Positions 8,034 through 15,693 of a stretch of DNA of 20,000 nt are shown piece by piece (positions within the stretch are counted from its first letter, which is position 1; each line of letters begins with the position of its first letter). Below the pieces are notes generated by a model. The model did not search any database. It was not told the origin of the DNA and was given only the letters and a program-made list of their open reading frames with translations. Both the position numbers and the translations under genes were made by a program. This DNA is from an uncultured virus (IMG/VR IMGVR_UViG_3300027832_000015) (taxonomy: Duplodnaviria > Heunggongvirae > Uroviricota > Caudoviricetes). The stretch is from the IMG/VR virus record IMGVR_UViG_3300027832_000015, one strand, 5' to 3'.

Positions 8034-9085
8034 TGGCTGCCGAAACAAATTCGGCTCCGCTCAACGAGCGCAGGAAATACATTGTTTTTGATGATCCATC
8101 ACTACTCGGTGCCGAAACAGACATAACAAATAGTTTAATATCTGCAAAATTTAGTTCAGGAATTGATCTTGCCACACAGCTAACTTTAGAAATAGTTGAC
8201 CCAAATTTTAGTTTTGCAAGATCAAATTACTTCTCCATAACGAGAGATGTTTACTTTAAAAGCAACTCTCTCGGATCAATCAACGAGTCATTGAAAGTAT
8301 CAGGACAAATTGCGTTAGAACGACTCAAATATCACCATCTTGAGGTGTCTGCAGTTACCTGCAGTGGAGGACCGGGAACTTCTCCAATTTGGACAATAGA
8401 ATGCAGAACTAAAGCGATCCAACAGATGAGACGGGATCGCAACCCCGGAGCAATTGAGGGCGCCTCTCAGAACTATGTGATCACGGCTGGCCGAAAGTAC
8501 GGAATGAACACAGTTGCCGAAACGACGTCGAAATCGAAGAATATCAACAAGGCATCAAACGACAGGCGCTCCGACTCCGCATGGGATGTCGTCAAGAGCC
8601 TCGCTAGTGAGGCCAAATTTATAACGTTCGAATCGGATGGGATTCTATTTTTTGCTTCACAAAAATGGATGCTTGGCCTATGGGGTTCAACTCGGACCAA
8701 TTTTGATGCGGATTTGATTACACGTTACGGCGGACTTCTCCGAAATGGGTACAACGTCATTCCTGTTCGCTACCCCTCAAAAGAATCCGACATTATTAGG
8801 GTTCATCAAATGCCTCAGATGAGAAGATCCGATAACAATCCGCTGCTTGTTGAGGGTTCAATGGTGGTTGACTCTATTGCCGGGTCGATTCTCAGGCCGG
8901 GAATGACCATTCAACTCACCAACTACCCAACATTTGAGGGCCTGTACCTAATAAGTCAGGTTGACTACAATGTTCTTACCAACGATCCAGCGACAATCAC
9001 TTTCCGCTCACCAGAACGCGAAGATAAAGACATCATAGACTACGTAGTCGGCGCAACGAGTCCTTCGACGGCCTACTCAAACTGA
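8033..9085 (+). CDS. Baseplate hub protein (T4 gp27 / P2 gpD / Mu gp44-like)
   Basis: ATG 8033 overlaps the upstream TGA (TGATG), giving about 350 aa. Hub-like patterns include QLTLEIVDP, SDSAWDVVKSLASEAKFITFESDGILFF, and LRPGMTIQL-NYPTFEGLYLISQVDY. It precedes the spike. Confidence 0.8.
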   Translation: MAAETNSAPLNERRKYIVFDDPSLLGAETDITNSLISAKFSSGIDLATQLTLEIVDPNFSFARSNYFSITRDVYFKSNSLGSINESLKVSGQIALERLKYHHLEVSAVTCSGGPGTSPIWTIECRTKAIQQMRRDRNPGAIEGASQNYVITAGRKYGMNTVAETTSKSKNINKASNDRRSDSAWDVVKSLASEAKFITFESDGILFFASQKWMLGLWGSTRTNFDADLITRYGGLLRNGYNVIPVRYPSKESDIIRVHQMPQMRRSDNNPLLVEGSMVVDSIAGSILRPGMTIQLTNYPTFEGLYLISQVDYNVLTNDPATITFRSPEREDKDIIDYVVGATSPSTAYSN

Positions 9086-9099
9086 GAGGATGAGTACTG

Positions 9100-9480
9100 A
9101 TGGCTGGACAATCATATTCTACTGTCGTTGGCGGTTCGTCGAATCCTGAACCGGGCGGACTACTCTATTTCGCCACAGTTCATTCGATTTCCAACGGAAA
9201 ACTTCGAGTAAATGTGCCAATGCTTGGTTTCATTAGCAGTCCGTGCGATCACCTAAATTCCTATGGGAACGACAGGTATGCAGTCGGCGATCGGGTCGTT
9301 GTCGGTTTTCTTGAAGGCGGAAAACAGTATCTGGTGCTGTTCGGTCGCGTGAACCACACTCGGACCGCTTTCCCCACATACGGACAGTACTTGGCACTTG
9401 CCGGTCGAGTTTCTGCACTCGAATCTACCGTAGCAACACTACAAGCTGCCGTCACGGCACTCCAAGGACACACCCATTAA
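9100..9480 (+). CDS. Baseplate central spike (gpV/gp5-like OB fold) with coiled-coil C-terminus and HxH tip
   Basis: ATVHSISNGKLRVNVP...YAVGDRVVVGFLEGGKQYLVLFG is the gpV/gp5 OB-fold pattern. The protein ends ...LQGHTH. Confidence 0.75.
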   Translation: MAGQSYSTVVGGSSNPEPGGLLYFATVHSISNGKLRVNVPMLGFISSPCDHLNSYGNDRYAVGDRVVVGFLEGGKQYLVLFGRVNHTRTAFPTYGQYLALAGRVSALESTVATLQAAVTALQGHTH

Positions 9481-9530
9481 TAAGAGCACATGCTAACGTC
9501 GTGTAAACTGGAGTTTGTAAGGAGATCAAC

Positions 9531-9827
9531 ATGGACGCAATCAAATTTCCGCTAAAATTCAGCAAGGCCGGTATCGACCGCTTAACAGACGGAACAACCG
9601 ACTACTACAAGCAACTACTCGCTCTTTCCATAATCACCGAACCCCACTCACTCCCAATCACACCAGATTTTGGGATTTGGGACCCAACATTCAACACCGT
9701 GGAAAAAGGTCAATTTGTCCTGCACGCGGCAAGATTTGTGCCGGAGGTCGAGATCGGTGAGATCGACTCCAGCGTTGACGACAGCGGACAGAACATCGTA
9801 TCTTTCTCATTCACGGTTAGGGGCTAA
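9531..9827 (+). CDS. Baseplate gp25/gpW-like sheath-initiator protein
   Basis: 98 aa with AAGGAG RBS. IKFPLKF...IITEPHSLPITPDFG matches the gp25 T-x-x-G-E-x-P-x-x-P-x-FG pattern in degenerate form. It lies between spike and J. Confidence 0.78.
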   Translation: MDAIKFPLKFSKAGIDRLTDGTTDYYKQLLALSIITEPHSLPITPDFGIWDPTFNTVEKGQFVLHAARFVPEVEIGEIDSSVDDSGQNIVSFSFTVRG

Positions 9828-9832
9828 TCGCC

Positions 9833-11062
9833 ATGCCTGCAGATTTTTCTCAGTACGTCGATCTGATACCATACGATCTATCCCCGACCGACGTTTATCT
9901 GGGGGCGATCGAGTTGGGTCGTGTCGTCCTGCCTGAATTCGAGATCCGCCAAGGAACACCAGACGACGCGATGTTGCAAGCGTTCTCCTATATTACGGCA
10001 CTCAACGTTGGAGCAATCAACCGGATACCACCAAGACTCATGGAGGGAATCGCCGCCCTGATGGGGGTGCCGCGGAACTATGGCCAAAAGGCTACGGTTT
10101 CGGCGACGATAACACTAAACGACTATGAGTCTTTCGTGTTGCCTATAGGGACTATTTTTATTCACTCGACTTCGACAGTCGTTGGGGTGATGACGACTCA
10201 ATACGAAACGACAGAGGCGGTGAGCGTTGACCAGTCTGACGCGGAAGATGGCTCGGGAAACCCAAATCCTGTCCCAACCGTAGATGTTCAGTTGGCGGCT
10301 TCCTACGTTGGAATCAGCCCACACATTAATGCCGGAGACAATCTTCAGGTGGAAACGATCCTCCCTCAAATTGCGTCCACCATTTATTTAGGAGACTTTT
10401 TGAATGGAAGCAATCCGGAGGACGGTTCTTATTACCTGTCACGGGCAAGAACCTATCTTGAAAGCCTGTCGTCCAATACGGCAACCGCACGACAGGTGGA
10501 AGCGCACGTTCTGACAACTTTCAATTACGCTACGCGTTGCAAGGTGTACGATCTGACCGATAGTGATAGTTCGGTTTTGTTCACCGCAACCGACGCTCCG
10601 GGTAATGCAGCGATATTTGTTTGGGGTGTTGAGGCCGCCGTCACCTCAAGTCGTCTTTACGATATTCTCGTTTCCGTCACAACCAAATCAACCGCAGGCC
10701 TGTACTTTACGGCTTCCAACTTTACAACGGTGAATGTGGGAGTTCAGGCCAGTGTCGCCTACAACTCTTCTTACGTTGCTGCAGATGTTGAAGATGCCAT
10801 TACTGTTGCGTTGCTAGGGTTCCTGTCCCCCAATGGGTTCACTAGCAAGGCCGAGAAGATCAAAGTGACTGAACTTCAATCAATCGTTTCCAGTGTTGAT
10901 GGTGTCGATTTTGTCGACAGTTTGACAATTTCCGATGCCAGCAACCTTCCTAGCGGCATTATTCAGCTGAATGCAAATGGGGACATTGAATTCTTGAGGA
11001 AAGGCCTTCTCGCCACGAGTAATGAGTTAAACATTTCAATTTCATTGTTCAGTCAATCATGA
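9833..11062 (+). CDS. Baseplate J-like wedge protein (P2 gpJ / T4 gp6-like)
   Basis: 409 aa. Motifs: LMGVPRNYGQKATVSATIT, LPIGTIF, YETTE, NGSNPEDGSYYLSRAR, and C-terminal ELQSIVSSVDGVDFVDSL. Confidence 0.87.
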   Translation: MPADFSQYVDLIPYDLSPTDVYLGAIELGRVVLPEFEIRQGTPDDAMLQAFSYITALNVGAINRIPPRLMEGIAALMGVPRNYGQKATVSATITLNDYESFVLPIGTIFIHSTSTVVGVMTTQYETTEAVSVDQSDAEDGSGNPNPVPTVDVQLAASYVGISPHINAGDNLQVETILPQIASTIYLGDFLNGSNPEDGSYYLSRARTYLESLSSNTATARQVEAHVLTTFNYATRCKVYDLTDSDSSVLFTATDAPGNAAIFVWGVEAAVTSSRLYDILVSVTTKSTAGLYFTASNFTTVNVGVQASVAYNSSYVAADVEDAITVALLGFLSPNGFTSKAEKIKVTELQSIVSSVDGVDFVDSLTISDASNLPSGIIQLNANGDIEFLRKGLLATSNELNISISLFSQS

Positions 11063-14000
11063 CAGTCGAAGACGCAAACCTCTTAAACGGGTATGATGCC
11101 CTTGAGGCGTTCCGACGTACCGACTTGAGTGTTCGACCGGTTTCTGAAGTGACTTCGAATCACACTTGGACCAGTAACAATGCGTCGATGGTTGTTTCAG
11201 AGGAGGAGTCGCAGCGGTACGTTGCTAACTATTTTTCACTTGCGGTTACCCCTAATAACACAAACACTGTAACCGTGTCGCTGCCGAGTATTGCACTTCC
11301 GGCTGATAGACCCAAAAATTTTGTTTCAGAGTTGCATATTTCGGTGTACAGCAATTCCAGCATGTCAGTTTCTGCTCGCATCGCCCCAAGCGGCGAAAGC
11401 CTCCCAAGTTGGGGAGCCACAACAACGCGTCCGACGGCATGGGAGGTTGTTCGGTCAAATACATTCAGCGTGCCGACAGATGCTGGTTACACGCACGCGA
11501 AGACTTCCATTACGTTCTCCGGACATGACGGGCAACCTTTTTACATAACAATGCCGGTTTTTAGCAATGACCTCTTTTTCCGCGAAAGCGGTTTTGTGAA
11601 TGTGGCTCGCCGGTTCATGCCTTCATACTACTGGGACATCGACTCTCAGCAGGAAAATCCCAGCAACCCGATGTACCGTTTGTTCGATATTTTCACTCGC
11701 CACGCGAACGAAACATCTGTGACGTACGAAAAGTACTTCAGCTTTGAGCCAGACGAGCGTTTAGCCACCGACGTCGACGGCGAACTTACACTCAGCACTT
11801 TGGTGAACCCAAGTGTGATCGATCCGGCAAACCGGTCTTGGCTGTCCCAGTTCACGGGGGCGGCGTTGCGCTCCAACGCTGATGCAATCAACTTCGAATA
11901 CGATGTGTTCACGAAAGAAACCAACGTTTCCGGCAATTCTGTAAACGCAGGTGCCCTCTGGTCTGTTGTTGACTTGCATGCCGATATGGGCGAACTTGCT
12001 ACAAACGGAATTTCATCAGATGACACTCTAAGGGACATCGTTGACCAGTTCGTCACAAGTGGATCTGCTGTTACTTGGGACATGGTAAAGGGTTCTGCCG
12101 GATCTAACAAAACTGAACTAACAACTATTACGTATACGGCGGCTACGACGTCTCCTGCATTGGCATACACTTACGAGGGTCCGTTCAGTCTGCCCGTCAC
12201 TGATCCGGTCTCGTTGCGTCAATCCGATCTTCATGGCATTATCACTGCGGCTGACGACCTTTCCAGTTCTTCGCTAACCCTGAAAAGTAGATTCTCTGAC
12301 CCTGTGCTCAAAAGCAGGGTGGAAGGAAACTTTGTTTTTTCTGTAGCAAATCAATTAACCGGTGAAGACACTACGAGAATTTATGAATCATTATACGATT
12401 CTCCATCTTCGGAATTTGTCTACAGCGTGGATGCAAATTTCAGTGGCTACACAGTAGCTGGATCGACGGATGATAACTATTCAACCGACTGTGATGCTTT
12501 AGGTAAAGTGGTTGCCACCGGTCGTATTTCATATACGTCGGGAGGTTCGGACACCGGTATTTTAGAAATATTTGAAAAGCCTGACGCAGATTCTGTTTAC
12601 GGTTCCCCCACAACTTTTTCGCATTCTGAAGATGCGGGCAACTCTTCTCTCGGGTTCAATCATCGCGTCAGAGTGTCCTACGACGGAACCGCCGTCGGGT
12701 CGATGCGTGGCGTCACCAATGATCTCATCCGAGTTTACGGCAAAGATCCTTCCACTGGGAACTGGGCTATTCGTGGGAGCAGCATTACTGTTGACGTATC
12801 CGATTTTTGGCTCAACTCGGATGGAACAAAATTGTTGGTCATCGGAACCAATAACACTGTCCGATTTTTTGAATTCGATATCACCGACGGATGGGCTGAA
12901 ACACGCGCACAGATAACGCCAACGTGGACAGTCACTGGACCTAATTCTTCTTCCGCCAGATGCTCCATGAATAGTGACGGATCAATAATCGCTATTTCTC
13001 ACCCGTATGCAACGTTCAATGGGTTTGACGACGACGGAAACGCACTGTCGTATGCATCCGCTGGCATTGTTGAAACTTATATGTGGTTGAATTCGGCGTG
13101 GATAGCAATAGAAACACCACAGATTGGCGTCGCATCAGATCTTTCTGGAATCGAAATTAGACTTGATAGTTACGGGAGAACGCTTGCCGTTGGAGTTCCA
13201 AACTACGACAGTGGAGTTGGATGCGTTTTCGTTCTCGAACTATTGAAATTTGAGCCAGTTGATTCGTTTACCACACATGTGTGGAACATTAAATCGTCCA
13301 TATATGATGCAAATCTTTCCAACTTTGGTCACTCGTTCGACATGAGTGACAACGGTGAAGTTCTTTTTATTCGACATCACTTGGCGAGTACAACGAGGGC
13401 GACTGCTTATCGATACGACTCGTCCACATCGCTGTATAGCAGTTCGTTTCATATCGAAATCAGTGATGCATCCGCTAACGACTCTACCCTTCAGGTTGCA
13501 TGCGCCAAGGCTGCATGTCTTTGGGACCATGAAGAAATGTCTGAAAGAGTTTTGGGATCTTCTGTTTTTGTATCGTCCGAGCAACCGGCTGACCCTTATG
13601 TCGTTGGTCAAAAAGCGGTAAGAGTTATTTTTCAAGATGCAAATGGTGCGGTCACATCTTCATCCACCAATGCGGGTTTCGACGCTGCACTCAATTCTCT
13701 TGTAGCAGGCGACAAGATATTTATTGGAAATTCTTTAACTGATGGGTTTGGATATTTTCTTGAATATGCCGGAACGTGGTCGTTTGGCGACCCTTGGGGT
13801 GGCGTCAACTACGGGTACGTAATTGACTACAAAGATAGGCCGACTATCGCGTATGGCCAATCTTCCTCTTACCCGCAGACGGATACTTTTTATGACGCCA
13901 CCACCAGTGTTCTTTCTGGTGAACTCGATAGCGTTGTAGGAACATTTTTTGCTGCACAGTCAGCTTCTTCTTTGTCTCCCGTTTTTACGTCTTTGTCTGA

Positions 14001-14346
14001 GCAGGATGATTACATGAGTTGGCAGTTCTCTAACAGCTATTACGGTTTGAAGGCCGGTTCCAGAGAATCGATGACAGAGGCAGCAAAATTGGTTTTGTCC
14101 GCCTCTAAGGTTGTTGCCGTTTCACCAAATTACAGTGGTTTCAGAAATCGCATCCATATCAGGACGCTGACGAGTGAAACACCCAATATCGACTCAGTGA
14201 CATACGCGTCGTCTGACGTATTGTCGGTTATTGCACCAACACGTCCTGTTGGGTATTACTTTACTCATGAAACAGTTGATAAACTGTTCTTTACACTCAA
14301 CAATATCGGAATTGGGCGGCTAGGCATCTCCGTCCTCGGGAACTAA
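11059..14346 (+). CDS. Baseplate wedge protein (P2 gpI / T4 gp7-like) with N-terminal beta-sandwich and large internal insertion containing a putative beta-propeller
   Basis: ATGA overlap with J. The gpI-like N half is FMPSYYWDID...PMYRLFDIF...DPANRSWLSQFTG (about 11614-11870). The C half is WQFSNSYYGLKAGSRESMTEAAKLVL...VIAPTRPVGYYFTHE (about 14010-14270). Propeller-blade-like repeats lie between them. Confidence 0.68.
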   Translation: MTVEDANLLNGYDALEAFRRTDLSVRPVSEVTSNHTWTSNNASMVVSEEESQRYVANYFSLAVTPNNTNTVTVSLPSIALPADRPKNFVSELHISVYSNSSMSVSARIAPSGESLPSWGATTTRPTAWEVVRSNTFSVPTDAGYTHAKTSITFSGHDGQPFYITMPVFSNDLFFRESGFVNVARRFMPSYYWDIDSQQENPSNPMYRLFDIFTRHANETSVTYEKYFSFEPDERLATDVDGELTLSTLVNPSVIDPANRSWLSQFTGAALRSNADAINFEYDVFTKETNVSGNSVNAGALWSVVDLHADMGELATNGISSDDTLRDIVDQFVTSGSAVTWDMVKGSAGSNKTELTTITYTAATTSPALAYTYEGPFSLPVTDPVSLRQSDLHGIITAADDLSSSSLTLKSRFSDPVLKSRVEGNFVFSVANQLTGEDTTRIYESLYDSPSSEFVYSVDANFSGYTVAGSTDDNYSTDCDALGKVVATGRISYTSGGSDTGILEIFEKPDADSVYGSPTTFSHSEDAGNSSLGFNHRVRVSYDGTAVGSMRGVTNDLIRVYGKDPSTGNWAIRGSSITVDVSDFWLNSDGTKLLVIGTNNTVRFFEFDITDGWAETRAQITPTWTVTGPNSSSARCSMNSDGSIIAISHPYATFNGFDDDGNALSYASAGIVETYMWLNSAWIAIETPQIGVASDLSGIEIRLDSYGRTLAVGVPNYDSGVGCVFVLELLKFEPVDSFTTHVWNIKSSIYDANLSNFGHSFDMSDNGEVLFIRHHLASTTRATAYRYDSSTSLYSSSFHIEISDASANDSTLQVACAKAACLWDHEEMSERVLGSSVFVSSEQPADPYVVGQKAVRVIFQDANGAVTSSSTNAGFDAALNSLVAGDKIFIGNSLTDGFGYFLEYAGTWSFGDPWGGVNYGYVIDYKDRPTIAYGQSSSYPQTDTFYDATTSVLSGELDSVVGTFFAAQSASSLSPVFTSLSEQDDYMSWQFSNSYYGLKAGSRESMTEAAKLVLSASKVVAVSPNYSGFRNRIHIRTLTSETPNIDSVTYASSDVLSVIAPTRPVGYYFTHETVDKLFFTLNNIGIGRLGISVLGN

Positions 14347-14358
14347 GAGGTATTTCTA

Positions 14359-14658
14359 ATGGCTGGACTCGGATATTACGAATTTCAGGGGGAAGCCGTT
14401 CTTACGGCGTCTCAGGTAAACGGATACCTAATGCAGCAGTCAGTGATGGTTCAAACCACTGAGGCAGCTCTCAACAATGACTTGGGGGTAGTTAAGTCTG
14501 CAGGCATGATGGGCTACTTCATCGGCGGTAGCGACCTCGTTAGTAGACCTCACTTTTATGACGGGTCAGTCTGGAACAGAATCGCAACACAAGCAGAAGT
14601 TGAAGCTCAGGAAAACCGTACCGGTCAGGTGCTTTTGTACATGGAAGTTATCAATTAG
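14359..14658 (+). CDS. Minor tail / fibre-attachment protein
   Basis: 99 aa with GAGG RBS. The N-terminus MAGLGYYEFQGEAVLTASQVNGYLMQQSVM resembles the F-x-x-G-x-VLTA-x-x-x-N-x-YL fibre anchor motif common in actinophage minor tail proteins, followed by YDGSVW. Confidence 0.6.
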   Translation: MAGLGYYEFQGEAVLTASQVNGYLMQQSVMVQTTEAALNNDLGVVKSAGMMGYFIGGSDLVSRPHFYDGSVWNRIATQAEVEAQENRTGQVLLYMEVIN

Positions 14659-14667
14659 CATCTTATT

Positions 14668-14676
14668 TGATATAAT
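14668..14676 (+). promoter_or_regulatory. Extended -10 promoter (TGaTATAAT) upstream of holin
   Basis: Perfect TGn-TATAAT in a 51-bp intergenic gap, 33 nt before the holin ATG. Confidence 0.65.
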
Positions 14677-14709
14677 GGTCAATACTCACTCGTATTCCTT
14701 GGAGGGAAA

Positions 14710-14925
14710 ATGCACACAACATTTCTGAAAGATGCAATCGAACGTGCAGGCAAGACGTTCGTTCAGGCTTACCTTGCCGTCTGGATGGCCACTGGAGCCA
14801 ACTTTGACAGCCTGACGAGCGGTTCGAACCTGAAGGCTGGCGTCGTCGCTGTTGCCCTCTCCGTGGCCATGAGCATGGGGCTCAAGAACGTCGGGCCGAA
14901 CAAGGGTTCCGCCTCAATCGTCTGA
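14710..14925 (+). CDS. Holin (phage r1t holin-like)
   Basis: 71 aa with GGAGG RBS. FLKDAIERAGKTFVQAYLAV matches the r1t-holin signature (ERA-KTF-Q). Two hydrophobic segments. Confidence 0.8.
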   Translation: MHTTFLKDAIERAGKTFVQAYLAVWMATGANFDSLTSGSNLKAGVVAVALSVAMSMGLKNVGPNKGSASIV

Positions 14926-14937
14926 GTCTCATCATTA

Positions 14938-14958
14938 CCCCGAGAAATTGGGGATTTT
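14938..14958 (+). terminator. Putative intrinsic terminator after holin
   Basis: CCCCGA-GAAA-TTGGGG (GNRA loop) followed by ATTTT. Confidence 0.55.
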
Positions 14959-14962
14959 GATC

Positions 14963-14968
14963 TACAAT
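14963..14968 (+). promoter_or_regulatory. Putative -10 element (TACAAT) for the fibre genes
   Basis: TACAAT lies right after the holin terminator and upstream of the GAGGAGG RBS of the 14999 gene. Confidence 0.4.
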
Positions 14969-14998
14969 AAGTAGTAGGTCTGAAGAGAGGAGGCGTCC

Positions 14999-15376
14999 AT
15001 GATCGCAGGTACATACAACATCGTTTGCGAACAGGGAGCCACTCTCCTTCGGGTTATCCAAGTAAGGGTACCTGATCCCACTGACACTACTGGCACCACG
15101 TACATTGATTATGACCTAGCAGGGCACACTGCCCGCATGCAGGTTCGCCGAACTCGTGATTCTGCAACGTTTCAAGTTGAGTTGACCACGGAGAATGGCG
15201 GCATCGTCCTTGAACCCGCCAGCCAGCAGGGCATGGTTCACTTGATAATGAGTGACACCACCACTTCTGCGCTTACCACTGATGGCGTTTATGACTTAGA
15301 AATTATCTCTTCGATCGGAGTGGTAAATCGCTTAATTCAGGGAACATTTACCCTCAATCTTGAGGTCACACGATGA
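14999..15376 (+). CDS. Virion structural beta-sandwich protein (fibre/baseplate-upper associated)
   Basis: 125 aa with a strong RBS. The pattern YNIVCEQGAT...DLAGHTARMQVR...GVYDLEI...VNRLIQGTFTL--EVTR is typical of small phage proteins that precede fibre genes. Confidence 0.6.
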   Translation: MIAGTYNIVCEQGATLLRVIQVRVPDPTDTTGTTYIDYDLAGHTARMQVRRTRDSATFQVELTTENGGIVLEPASQQGMVHLIMSDTTTSALTTDGVYDLEIISSIGVVNRLIQGTFTLNLEVTR

Positions 15377-15681
15377 GTGCCGCCAACAACGTCTACGTTT
15401 ATCAGGATTCCCCCAATCAGGTGGTCGTGGACGAGAGTGCCCCCACGGTCATCAATGTCATGCTGACCGGCTCGGCTGGCGTTAACACCCGCAGGACCGT
15501 TCACTCTCAGGCATCCCCGTCAATCACGTGGACAGCCACCCACGCTCTGGGCGGAAAACCGTCTGTAATGGTTGTTGATACTGCAGACACCGTAGTCGTA
15601 GGTGATGTAACATATATAAGTAGCACGGAAATAAGGATCCAGTTCACTGCTCCTTTTTCCGGATACGCATATCTCACGTAA
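15373..15681 (+). CDS. Small fibre-associated structural protein
   Basis: ATGA overlap, 102 aa. The C-terminal HSQASPSITWTATHALGGKPSVMVVD...IQFTAPFSGYAYL is a W-x-x-x-H-x-LG module common in fibre clusters. Confidence 0.6.
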   Translation: MSAANNVYVYQDSPNQVVVDESAPTVINVMLTGSAGVNTRRTVHSQASPSITWTATHALGGKPSVMVVDTADTVVVGDVTYISSTEIRIQFTAPFSGYAYLT

Positions 15682-15693
15682 CAGGGGTCTTCG

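Noticed and set aside
11880..14005. Intein in the wedge protein
   Set aside because: No C/S-start block A, no HN-C/S/T end and no LAGLIDADG motifs were seen. The insert looks like structural beta domains.
1..14346. Extracellular contractile injection system / tailocin rather than phage
   Set aside because: There is no AAA+ ATPase (Pvc15/Afp15), duplicated sheath or toxin cargo. A long TMP, G/GT chaperone and many fibre genes fit a myophage better. Head genes are outside the window, so a tailocin is not formally excluded.
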